Shown here: positions 10,662 to 19,098 of the stretch, piece by piece
Layout of the letters: every line of letters begins with the position of its first letter
Numbering within the stretch: position 1 is the first letter of the stretch
Origin: an uncultured Actinomycetes bacterium
GTDB lineage: Bacteria; Actinomycetota; Acidimicrobiia; IMCC26256; PALSA-610
Length of the DNA: 64,000 nucleotides
NCBI GenBank assembly: GCA_963740835.1
Contig: CAVUFH010000004.1
Coordinates: 9,567-73,566, forward strand
Reading direction: 5' to 3'
Position numbers and translations under genes: made by a program
Notes under the pieces: generated by a model
Databases searched by the model: none
Told to the model about the DNA's origin: nothing
What the model saw: the letters and a program-made list of their open reading frames with translations, nothing else

Positions 10662-11573
10662 TCACTTCGTGCTGATCACCGGAAGGTTGCCGGGATCGGT
10701 CGTGAGGTCCTTCGTCGCGAGCTGATCGAGCTCGCCCGAGTCCTTCAGCTGCTTCAGCACCGCGTTCACCGCGCCGACGTCGTTCGTGTCCTTGGGCAGG
10801 ATGCCGCCGTACTGGTCGGGACCGCCCTCCTGCTCGAACTGGGACACGACCTTGAGCTTCCCGTCGGAGCGAGCCGCTTCACCGAGGTTGATCGCGGTGT
10901 CGATGAGGAACGCGTCGACCTGCTTGGCTTCGAGCGCGGTGTACCCGTCCGGGAGCTGCTGGTAGACGCTGGGCTCTTGATCGGTGCCGATCTTGTCGAG
11001 CAGGTCGATCGCGGTGGTACCGGTCTGCACACCCCACTTGATCTTCTTGGCTTCGGCGAGCGTCGTCACCTGCACGTCGGTGTCGGCGTTCACGAGCACG
11101 CCCTGGTTCGACTCGAAGTAAGGCATCGTGAACGTCGCGACCTTCGCACGTTCGCAGGTGATCGAGATCTGCGAAAGCGCGAGGTCGTAGTCGGTGATGG
11201 TGCCGGCGACGATCGAATCGAAGCTCTCGTTGCGCACTTCGAGCTTGGAGAGCCCGAACGCCTTACGCATCGCATCGGCGATGTCGTACTCGAAACCCGA
11301 CTTCACTTGGGTCGGGTCAGAGTCGCTCCCTTCCCAGAAGCCGGGCCCGGGCAGACTTGTCACGACGGTCAACGTGTCGGCCTTGATCGGGGTGAAGTCG
11401 CTCGCGCTCGTCACCTCCTTCGAAGACGCGTCCGCCGGTCCACTGCAACTACTCCCGCCGGCGGCAGTCGTGGTCGCACCACCGGAGCTCGCGCTGTCGT
11501 CATCGTCGCCGCCACACGCGGCGACGCCGACCATGAGCGCGGCAACGCTCAAGAGAATCACGAATTTGCGCAC
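10662..11573 (-). CDS. Amino acid ABC transporter substrate-binding lipoprotein
   Basis: Lipobox VAAC, GFEYDIA, DLALSQISIT.ER, GVQTGTT (SBP family 3); first gene of transporter operon. Confidence 0.9.
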   Translation of the reverse strand: MRKFVILLSVAALMVGVAACGGDDDDSASSGGATTTAAGGSSCSGPADASSKEVTSASDFTPIKADTLTVVTSLPGPGFWEGSDSDPTQVKSGFEYDIADAMRKAFGLSKLEVRNESFDSIVAGTITDYDLALSQISITCERAKVATFTMPYFESNQGVLVNADTDVQVTTLAEAKKIKWGVQTGTTAIDLLDKIGTDQEPSVYQQLPDGYTALEAKQVDAFLIDTAINLGEAARSDGKLKVVSQFEQEGGPDQYGGILPKDTNDVGAVNAVLKQLKDSGELDQLATKDLTTDPGNLPVISTK

Positions 11574-11603
11574 AGGTTTCCTCCCCAGTCCAGGACCCGG
11601 ACC

Positions 11604-12809
11604 TTAGGCGACCACCCGGAAGCCGGCTCCACTCAACGCCGTCACGATCGCTTCAGCGTGCGCTCGATCCCGGGTCTCGACCGAGACCTCGAGGCGCGTG
11701 GTCTTGAGCGCGACGCCCGGGAGGTCGCGGCGGTGCGCGACATCGACGATGTTCCCGCGCCATTCGCCGATCACCTGGGCGACTGCCGCGAGCACGCCGG
11801 GCCGGTCCGTCACCTCGATCGCGAGGCGGACGAGACGCCCAGAGCGGGCGAGCGCCCGTAGCAGCGCCGATGACAGCACGCGGAGATCGATGTTGCCGCC
11901 GGTGAGCACCACCACCACGTTGCGGTCGCGGAAGCGCTCCGGGAATTCGACGAGCGCAGCGAGCCCGGCCGCGCCCGCGCCTTCGACGACCGTCTTCTCG
12001 ATCTCGACGGCCAGCGCGACTGCCGCTTCGATGTGTTGCTCGCTGACGACGAGCAGGTCGTCGACCAGCGCCGCGACGATCTCGCGCGTCAAGGTTCCGA
12101 CGGTCGTGACGGCGATGCCTTCGGCGATCGTTGGTTCCGGCCGCGGTGCGGGCCCGCGCCCGAGCGCGTGGACCATCCCGGTGTACCCCTCGACCTGGAC
12201 GCCGACGATGTCGATGTCGGCGCGCCGCCCCTTGGCCGCGATCGCGATGCCGGACACGAGCCCGCCGCCACCCACGGGCACGACGATCGTGTCGACATCG
12301 GGAACCGCGCCGACGATCTCGAGGCCGACGGTGCCCTGGCCGGCGATGATCGCCCGGTCATCGAACGCGGGCACGAACGTGGCGCCGGTGTCAGCCGCCA
12401 ACTCGAGCGCGGTCGCGAGCGCGCCGGCGAAGTCGGCGCCTGCGAGCACCACCTCGGGCTCGTGGACTTCGGTACGCGTGATCTTGGTGAACGGCGTGTC
12501 CGCGGGCATGACGATGGTGGCCGGGATCCCGAGCCGGTGCGCGTGGTAGGCGAGGCCCTGCGCGTGGTTGCCGGCCGATGCGGCCACCACCCCTTTTGCC
12601 CGGTCCGCGGCCGACAGGGCCAGAAGGAAGTTCAGGGCGCCCCGTTCCTTGAACGACGCGGTGAACTGCAGGTTCTCGAACTTGAGCCCGACGCGGGCGC
12701 CGGTGATCTCGGAGAGCGTGCGGGACGGAGTAGTTGGTGTCGCGACGACGGATCCGGCAATGGCGGCGGCGGCCGCCTCCACGTCCGCCAGGGTCACCGG
12801 CAGCTTCAT
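11604..12809 (-). CDS. ilvA: Threonine ammonia-lyase (PLP-dependent, C-terminal ACT domain)
   Basis: LKFENLQFTASFKERGA, ASAGNHAQG, IAGQGT, VPVGGGGL, EGAGAA, DRPGVL; true start ATG 12809 (upstream part of ORF is repeat-derived). Confidence 0.92.
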   Translation of the reverse strand: MKLPVTLADVEAAAAAIAGSVVATPTTPSRTLSEITGARVGLKFENLQFTASFKERGALNFLLALSAADRAKGVVAASAGNHAQGLAYHAHRLGIPATIVMPADTPFTKITRTEVHEPEVVLAGADFAGALATALELAADTGATFVPAFDDRAIIAGQGTVGLEIVGAVPDVDTIVVPVGGGGLVSGIAIAAKGRRADIDIVGVQVEGYTGMVHALGRGPAPRPEPTIAEGIAVTTVGTLTREIVAALVDDLLVVSEQHIEAAVALAVEIEKTVVEGAGAAGLAALVEFPERFRDRNVVVVLTGGNIDLRVLSSALLRALARSGRLVRLAIEVTDRPGVLAAVAQVIGEWRGNIVDVAHRRDLPGVALKTTRLEVSVETRDRAHAEAIVTALSGAGFRVVA

Positions 12810-12820
12810 CCGAGCATCTT

Positions 12821-13183
12821 CGCATCGTGCGGACGAGCGGAGCCCCGATCGCGGCGCAGCCGCCTGGGCGGCGCGGCGCGAGGGAGCCATGAACGCATCG
12901 TGCGGACGAGCGGAGCCCCGATCGCGGCGCAGCCGCCTGGGCGGCGCGGCGCGAGGGAGCCATGAACGCATCGTGCGGACGAGCGGAGCCCCGATCGCGG
13001 CGCAGCCGCCTGGGCGGCGCCGGCGCGAGGGAGCCATGAACGCATCGTGCGGACGAGCGGAGCCCCGATCGCGGCGCAGCCGCCTGGGCGGCGCGGCGCG
13101 AGGGAGCCATGAACGCATCGTGCGGACGAGCGGAGCCCCGATCGCGGCGCAGCCGCCTGGGCGGCGCGGCGCGAGGGAGCCAT
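12821..13183. repeat. Tandem array of five 73-bp hairpin-forming units
   Basis: Unit CGCATCGTGCGGACGAGCGGAGCCCCGATCGCGGCGCAGCCGCCTGGGCGGCGCGGCGCGAGGGAGCCATGAA starts at 12821, 12894, 12967, 13041, 13114; identical except one extra C in copy 3 and a 70-bp last copy; no spacers. Confidence 0.97.
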
Positions 13184-13190
13184 AGACGGG

Positions 13191-13207
13191 ATAATGACCG
13201 TTATCAT
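13191..13207. promoter_or_regulatory. Possible TetR operator (imperfect palindrome)
   Basis: AT-rich ATAATGACCGTTATCAT (12/17 self-complementary) just upstream of the TetR gene. Confidence 0.4.
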
Positions 13208-13214
13208 GGGATGG

Positions 13215-13817
13215 ATGGCAACCGCACTGACCACTGAACGCTCGACGCGCGACCGCCTGGTCGCGGCGGCGATCGAGGTGTTCGTCGCGCAGGGATACGA
13301 CGGCGCCCGGGTCCAGGACATCGCTCGCACCGCCGGGCTCACGACCGGTGCGATCTACGCCAACTACCGCGGCAAGGCCGATCTGCTGTTCGACGCGATC
13401 GGCGCGCTGGCCGGCGTCGAGCTCGAGGCGCTGCTCGAACAAGCGCGCGGGCGCGAAGCGCGTGACGTGCTCGAGCAACTCGGGGCGACGTTGACGCGGC
13501 GCATGCAGCACCGGCCCGCGCTCCTGCTCGACGCGATCGTGGCGGCGCGACGAGATCCAGAGCTCGCCGCGCTGTTGCGCGTGCGCGTCGCCGCGCGCGA
13601 GGCGCTGCTCGAGGAGCTCTTCCAGCGCGCGCTCGACGACGGCGCGATCGACTCCGACATCGAACCCGCGACGCTCGCCCGCTACTGCACGACCGTTGCA
13701 ATGGGCGCGCTCGTGTTCCGCACGCTCGATCTCGCACCCCCGGACCAGGACGACTGGCAAGCGCTGATCCATCGACTGGTCGACGCGCTCGCCCCCCGAC
13801 AGGAGAACCGACCATGA
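13215..13817 (+). CDS. TetR/AcrR family transcriptional regulator
   Basis: TRDRLVAAAIEVFVAQGYDGARVQDIARTAGLTTGAIYANYRGKADLL HTH. Confidence 0.93.
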   Translation: MATALTTERSTRDRLVAAAIEVFVAQGYDGARVQDIARTAGLTTGAIYANYRGKADLLFDAIGALAGVELEALLEQARGREARDVLEQLGATLTRRMQHRPALLLDAIVAARRDPELAALLRVRVAAREALLEELFQRALDDGAIDSDIEPATLARYCTTVAMGALVFRTLDLAPPDQDDWQALIHRLVDALAPRQENRP

Positions 13818-14898
13818 CCACCACCGAAGAGACGACGACGGCGAGAAGCTCGCGACGATCCACGCCGTCACCGCGGAGTTCGACGCGATCTTCACGTGGG
13901 ACTACGAGCGGAGCCGCGATTCACTCGGCAAGCTCTACGAGAAGGCGAAGACCTCACAGTGGAACGCGGCGACCGACCTCGACTGGTCGACCGATGTCGA
14001 TCCGGAGAAGATCGGTCAAGAGCTCGGCGGCGGCGGCACGATGCGCTTCCAAGCGCTCGCGGAGGCCGAGGACTCGCCGGTGAAGCACTTCGGTGACAAG
14101 GAGTGGCGGCAGATCTCCGTCGAGATCCAGAACTCGCTCATGTCGCAGTTCATGCACGGTGAGCAGGGCGCGCTGATCTGCACCGCGCGCATTGTCGAGA
14201 CCGTGCCGTGGATCGACGCGAAGTACTACGCGGCCACGCAGGTGATGGACGAGGCGCGTCACGTCGAGGTGTTCGCGCGCTACCTCAGCGAAAAGCTCGG
14301 CAGCCAGTACGGGATCAACCCGAACCTGAAGGGCATCCTCGACGAGATCCTCCGCGACCCGCGCTGGGACATCGCGTACCTCGGTATGCAGATCATGGTC
14401 GAAGGGCTCGCGCTCGCGGCCTTCGGCATGATGCACACGGTGACGACAGATCCGCTGCTCAAAAAAATGCTCCGCTACGTGATGAGCGACGAGGCCCGGC
14501 ACGTGGCGTTCGGCGTGCTCTCGTTGCAGGAGTACTACCGCGAGCTCAGCGACGCCGAGATGCGTGAGCGGCAGGAATTCGCGTTCGAGGTCGCGGAGCG
14601 GCTGCAGCGCCGCTTCGCCCACTCCGAGATGTGGGAGCGGATGGGGGTCGACCCGAACGCCGTCTACGCCACCATGACCCGGGTCAATCCGCCCGCGCAG
14701 CAGGCGTTCCAGAACCTGCTCTTCTCGAAGATCGTCCCGAACTGCAAGAAGCTCGGGCTGCTCGACGCATCCGGTGGCTGGCTCCGCGACCGGTTCACCG
14801 ACATCGGCGTGATCCAGTTCGAGGACTGGGTCGACACCGGCGAGGAGTACAAGGCGCTGGACGAGGTCGCAAAGGACCGCCAAGAATCCATCGCGTGA
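13814..14898 (+). CDS. Ferritin-like diiron protein (AurF/diiron oxygenase-like); frameshift near 13830
   Basis: Diiron ligands QFMHGEQGAL, DEARHVE, MVEGLAL, DEARHVAFG; AGGAG RBS before ATG 13814; sequence from 13831 (IFTWDYE..LYEKAKTSQW) is in the frame of ORF 14041..14898. Confidence 0.85.
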
Positions 14899-16457
14899 CG
14901 ACGAGCGTCGACAACGAGGCCCTGTTCGCGGCAGCCGACAGCGGCACGCTCTGGACGTTCTGGGCCGAGCACTACCCGGACCGGATCGCGATCTACTCCG
15001 ACTTCGGGAACCGCACGCTGGCCGAGGTCGACGCGCACGCGAACCAGTTCGCGCGCGCGTTACGGGCCCGGGGCGTCGGCGCGGGCGACGGGCTCGCGTT
15101 GCTCTGCGGGAACCGGCCCGAGTTCGTCGAGGCGAGCGCGACCGCGCAACGTTCGGGGCTGCGGCTCACGACGATCAACTGGCACCTGACGGGCGAGGAA
15201 GCGGGCTACATCGTCGATGACTGCGAAGCGACCGTGTTCGTCGCGGACGCCCGCTACGGCGACACCGCGGTGGAAGCGGCGGCGCGCGCGCCGCGTCTCC
15301 GGGCCAAGATCGCGATCGCCGGCGACATCCCCGGGTTCGAACGCTACGAAGACGTGCTCGCCGGAGAGGACGCGGCTGCGCTCGCGGATCCGACGCTCGG
15401 CGGGACGATGCTGTACACGTCCGGCACGACCGGCCGGCCGAAAGGTGTCCGGCGCGCCACCGAGGGACGCGCGAGCGCGTTGCTCGCGACGCTGACCCGC
15501 TACGACGGCGCGAAGCACGTGCACCTGTGCACGGGCCCGCTGTACCACGCGGCGCCGCTGGCGTTCTCGCTCGCAGCACCCGCGGCGATGGGTGTCCCGA
15601 TCGTGCTCATGGACGGCTGGGACGCCGAGGCGACGCTGGCCCTGATCGAGCAGCACCGCGTCACCCACACGCACATGGTGCCGACGATGTTCCATCGGCT
15701 CTTGTCGTTGCCGCCCGAGGTGCGCGACCGCTACGACGTGTCGTCGCTCGTCTACATCATTCACGGCGCGGCGCCGTGTCCGGTCGACGTCAAACGTCGG
15801 CTCATCGAGTGGCTCGGTCCGATCGTCACCGAGTACTACGCGGCAACCGAAGGCTCGGGGACAGCGGTGGGATCGCCGGAGTGGCTGAAGAAGCCGGGCA
15901 CGGTCGGCAAGATCACGCCCGCCGACCACATCCGGATCCTGGATGACGACGCGGGAGAAGTTCCCGCCGGGACCATTGGCACCGTCTACCTGAAGGCGCC
16001 CGAGAGCCGGTTCGAGTACTTCAAGGCACCGGAGAAGACTGACGGTGCGTACCGGGACGAGTACTTCACGCTGGGCGACGTCGGCTACGTCGACGAGGAC
16101 GGCTACCTGTTTCTCACCGACCGCAGCGCGCACCTGATCATCAGTGGCGGCGTCAACATCTACCCGGCCGAGGTCGAAGCGGTGTTGCTCGGTCATGCCT
16201 CCGTCGGCGACGCCGGCGTCGTCGGCGTGCCCGACGACGAATGGGGCGAGATCGTCGTCGCCGCGATCGAGCTCCACGACGGCCTGGCGCCTTCCCCGGA
16301 ACTGGCGGACGAGATCGTCGAGTGGTGCCGCGCCCACATCGCGCACTACAAGTGTCCTCGCCGTGTCGAGTTCGTCGAGGCCCTGCCCCGACACGACAAC
16401 GGGAAGCTCTACAAGCACCAACTGCGAGAACAACTCCGCGCGAAGCGGGAAGGATGA
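14895..16457 (+). CDS. Acyl-CoA synthetase (AMP-binding)
   Basis: YTSGTTGRPKG, PLYHAAP, YYAATEG, TLGDVGY, IISGGVNIYPAEVE, GKLYK. Confidence 0.95.
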   Translation: MTTSVDNEALFAAADSGTLWTFWAEHYPDRIAIYSDFGNRTLAEVDAHANQFARALRARGVGAGDGLALLCGNRPEFVEASATAQRSGLRLTTINWHLTGEEAGYIVDDCEATVFVADARYGDTAVEAAARAPRLRAKIAIAGDIPGFERYEDVLAGEDAAALADPTLGGTMLYTSGTTGRPKGVRRATEGRASALLATLTRYDGAKHVHLCTGPLYHAAPLAFSLAAPAAMGVPIVLMDGWDAEATLALIEQHRVTHTHMVPTMFHRLLSLPPEVRDRYDVSSLVYIIHGAAPCPVDVKRRLIEWLGPIVTEYYAATEGSGTAVGSPEWLKKPGTVGKITPADHIRILDDDAGEVPAGTIGTVYLKAPESRFEYFKAPEKTDGAYRDEYFTLGDVGYVDEDGYLFLTDRSAHLIISGGVNIYPAEVEAVLLGHASVGDAGVVGVPDDEWGEIVVAAIELHDGLAPSPELADEIVEWCRAHIAHYKCPRRVEFVEALPRHDNGKLYKHQLREQLRAKREG

Positions 16458-16464
16458 ACTGAGC

Positions 16465-17361
16465 ATGGGGATCTGCGACGGCCGAGTCGTCATCATCACC
16501 GGATCGGGCCGCGGGATCGGACGTGAGCACGCGCTCGCGTACGCCGCCGAAGGCGCCAAGGTCGTCGTGAACGACCTCGGCGGCGACATGCACGGCGAGG
16601 GCGGCTCGTTGAGCCCCGCGATGGAAGTCGTGGAGGAGATCAAGGCGATGGGCGGCGAAGCCGTCGCCGACGGTGAGAACGTCGCCGACTTCGAAGGCGC
16701 GGGCCGCATGGTGCAGCGCGCGATCGACACCTTCGGTCGCCTCGACACGCTCGTGAACAACGCCGGCATCCTCCGTGACCGCATGCTCACGAACATGGAA
16801 GAGTCCGAGTGGGACGCGGTGATCGCGGTGCACCTCAAAGGCGCGTTCGCACCGACGCGTCACGCCGCAACATACTGGCGAGAGCAGTCGAAGGCCGGGA
16901 ACCCGGTTGCGGGCCGCATCGTGAACACGTCCTCGCCGTCGGGTGTGTTCGGCAATGCCGGGCAGACGAACTACGGCGCGGCCAAGGCCGGTATCGCCGC
17001 GTTCACGATCATCTGCGGCCTCGAGCTCGGCCGCTACGGCGTGCTCGCCAACGCGATCGCGCCGGTCGCCCGCACCCGCATGACCGAAGATCTCGGCATG
17101 GGTCCGGCCCCCGAAGGGGAGTGGGACGGGCTCGACCCCGCGAACATCTCGCCGACCGTCGTGTGGCTCGGATCCAATGACAACACCGATGTGACCGGCC
17201 GCGTGTTCCTCGTCGACGGCGACCGCGTCTCCGTCGCCGAAGGATGGCGCCGCGGGCCAACCGCGCGCAATGACAAGATGCGATGGCAGCCGTCGCAGCT
17301 CACCAAGGTCATTCCCGACCTCGTGCAGCAGGCCGAGCCCAACTCGACGATGATGAGCTAG
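16465..17361 (+). CDS. SDR family oxidoreductase (3-hydroxyacyl-CoA dehydrogenase-like)
   Basis: ITGSGRGIG, VVVNDLG, NNAGILRDR, NYGAAKAG. Confidence 0.93.
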   Translation: MGICDGRVVIITGSGRGIGREHALAYAAEGAKVVVNDLGGDMHGEGGSLSPAMEVVEEIKAMGGEAVADGENVADFEGAGRMVQRAIDTFGRLDTLVNNAGILRDRMLTNMEESEWDAVIAVHLKGAFAPTRHAATYWREQSKAGNPVAGRIVNTSSPSGVFGNAGQTNYGAAKAGIAAFTIICGLELGRYGVLANAIAPVARTRMTEDLGMGPAPEGEWDGLDPANISPTVVWLGSNDNTDVTGRVFLVDGDRVSVAEGWRRGPTARNDKMRWQPSQLTKVIPDLVQQAEPNSTMMS

Positions 17362-17387
17362 TCACCGAACCGAAGAGGAGTGCGGCA

Positions 17388-18251
17388 ATGCCCATGAACC
17401 TGGAAGCCGTTGGGGCGGTCTCTGAGCCCGGACGCACGTCGTGGACCTCGAAGGATGCGCTGCTCTACGCGCTCGGGATCGGCGCGGGCCAGACCGACCC
17501 GACCGGTTTCGAGCTGGAGTTCACGACCGAGAACTCGATGAACATCGAGCAGCGCGTGTTCCCGACGATGCCCGTCATCATCTCGATGGGCGGCGGCCCC
17601 GGCCTGCCGAGTTGGGGCGAGTTCGACTTCCGCATGCTGTTGCACGGCGAGCAGGGTGTGACGGTGCACGGACCGATCCCGCCCGACGGTGCGGTCGACA
17701 CCGTGTCGCGGATCGTCGGCATCTACGACAAGGGCAAGGCCGCAGTCATCCGGTTGGAGAACACCGCCACGTACGTCGACAGCGGCAAGCCCGCGTTCAC
17801 GACACGGTTCGCGGCGTTCATCCGCGGTGAAGGCGGCTTCGGCGAGAGCCGGGGCGACGAGATCGCCGACCCGCCCAAGGCTCCCGAGCGCGCGCCCGAC
17901 CAAGAGGTGGCGTACGCGACGCGCAGCGACCAGGCACTGCTGTACCGGCTGTCGGGCGACCGGAATCCGCTGCACTCGGATCCGGAGATCGCGAAGTTCG
18001 CGGGCTTCGAGCGTCCGATCCTCCACGGCCTCTGCACCTACGGCTTCACCGGCCGCGCGCTGCTGCACGGGTTGTGCGGTTCCGACGTCGCCAAGTTCAT
18101 GAGCATGGACGCGCGCTTCTCGAAGCCGGTGATGCCGGGCGACGTCCTCACGGTGAAGATGTGGGTGGAGTCGTCGGGCTCGGCGATCTTCCAGACGGTG
18201 AACCAGGACGGTGTCGTCGTCATCGACGGCGGCCGCTTCGAGTACTCCTAA
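17388..18251 (+). CDS. MaoC/hydratase-2 family (R)-enoyl-CoA hydratase
   Basis: LYALGIGAG, LLHGEQ, hydratase-2 motif YRLSGDRNPLHSDP..AGFERPILHGLCTYG. Confidence 0.93.
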   Translation: MPMNLEAVGAVSEPGRTSWTSKDALLYALGIGAGQTDPTGFELEFTTENSMNIEQRVFPTMPVIISMGGGPGLPSWGEFDFRMLLHGEQGVTVHGPIPPDGAVDTVSRIVGIYDKGKAAVIRLENTATYVDSGKPAFTTRFAAFIRGEGGFGESRGDEIADPPKAPERAPDQEVAYATRSDQALLYRLSGDRNPLHSDPEIAKFAGFERPILHGLCTYGFTGRALLHGLCGSDVAKFMSMDARFSKPVMPGDVLTVKMWVESSGSAIFQTVNQDGVVVIDGGRFEYS

Positions 18252-19096
18252 GCGCGATCCCGGAGGGCGACGGCGGCCGCGCCGATGAGCGGGCCGTCGG
18301 ACCCGAGTGCGCCGGGCGCGATGCGGGTACCACGCGCGAACTCGATGCGGCAGCGCGCGTCGATCTCGCGTTGCGCGGCATCGAAGAACGGTGCGCCGAA
18401 GCCGAGCGCGACGGAACCGGCGACGACCGCGAGATCGAGATCGAGCAGATTGGCCACGCTCGCGACCGCGCGCCCGACGAGGGTGCCGGTGCGCGTGATG
18501 GTGTCGGGAGTCGCCTCGGCGGGCGGCCGGCCCGTGATCCGCGCGATCGCCAGGCCCGACGCTTCCGCTTCCAGGCAGCCGCGCGCACCGCAGCCGCATT
18601 CGTGGCCGTCGGGTTCGACGACAACGTGGCCGATGTGACCGGCGTTGCCACCGGTTCCGTCGAGCAGGCGCCCGTCGACGACGATGCCGCCTCCCACACC
18701 GGTCGACACGACCATGCCGAGGTAGTTGCGCCGGCCCGCGGCGGCGCCGGTCCAGCCCTCGCCGAGCGCGAGGGCCTTGGCGTCGTTGTCGACTGCGATG
18801 GGCAAGCCGATGTGGGCGGCGAGGTGGGCGCGCAATCGGAAGCCGCGCCACGCCGGGATGTTGAGCGGCGAGACGTGCTCACCGCCGAGGTCCATCGGCC
18901 CCCCGCAGCCCACGCCGACGCACTCGGCGTCGCCCGTCTCGAAGCTGTCGAGCAGGCGCGTCAGTGCGATGAAGAGCGTCTCCGCGTCGGTGGTCGCGGG
19001 AGTGGGCGTCTCATGGCGAACGAGCAACTCACCCCGCTCGGTCACGAGGCCTGCCGCGAGCTTGGTCCCACCGATGTCGATGGCCAGGATCGACAC
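18248..19096 (-). CDS. ROK family sugar kinase
   Basis: LAIDIGGTK, DNDAKALALGE, STGVGGG, GHIGH, CGCGARGCLE. Confidence 0.93.
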   Translation of the reverse strand: MSILAIDIGGTKLAAGLVTERGELLVRHETPTPATTDAETLFIALTRLLDSFETGDAECVGVGCGGPMDLGGEHVSPLNIPAWRGFRLRAHLAAHIGLPIAVDNDAKALALGEGWTGAAAGRRNYLGMVVSTGVGGGIVVDGRLLDGTGGNAGHIGHVVVEPDGHECGCGARGCLEAEASGLAIARITGRPPAEATPDTITRTGTLVGRAVASVANLLDLDLAVVAGSVALGFGAPFFDAAQREIDARCRIEFARGTRIAPGALGSDGPLIGAAAVALRDRA

Positions 19097-19098
19097 GT

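Noticed and set aside
12821-13183. CRISPR array
   Set aside because: Units are 73 bp, directly adjacent and identical, with no unique spacers and no cas genes in the window.
11604-13895. 763-aa threonine dehydratase with repetitive N-terminal extension
   Set aside because: The extension is read-through of the DNA repeat and the antisense of tetR; the enzyme starts at ATG 12809.
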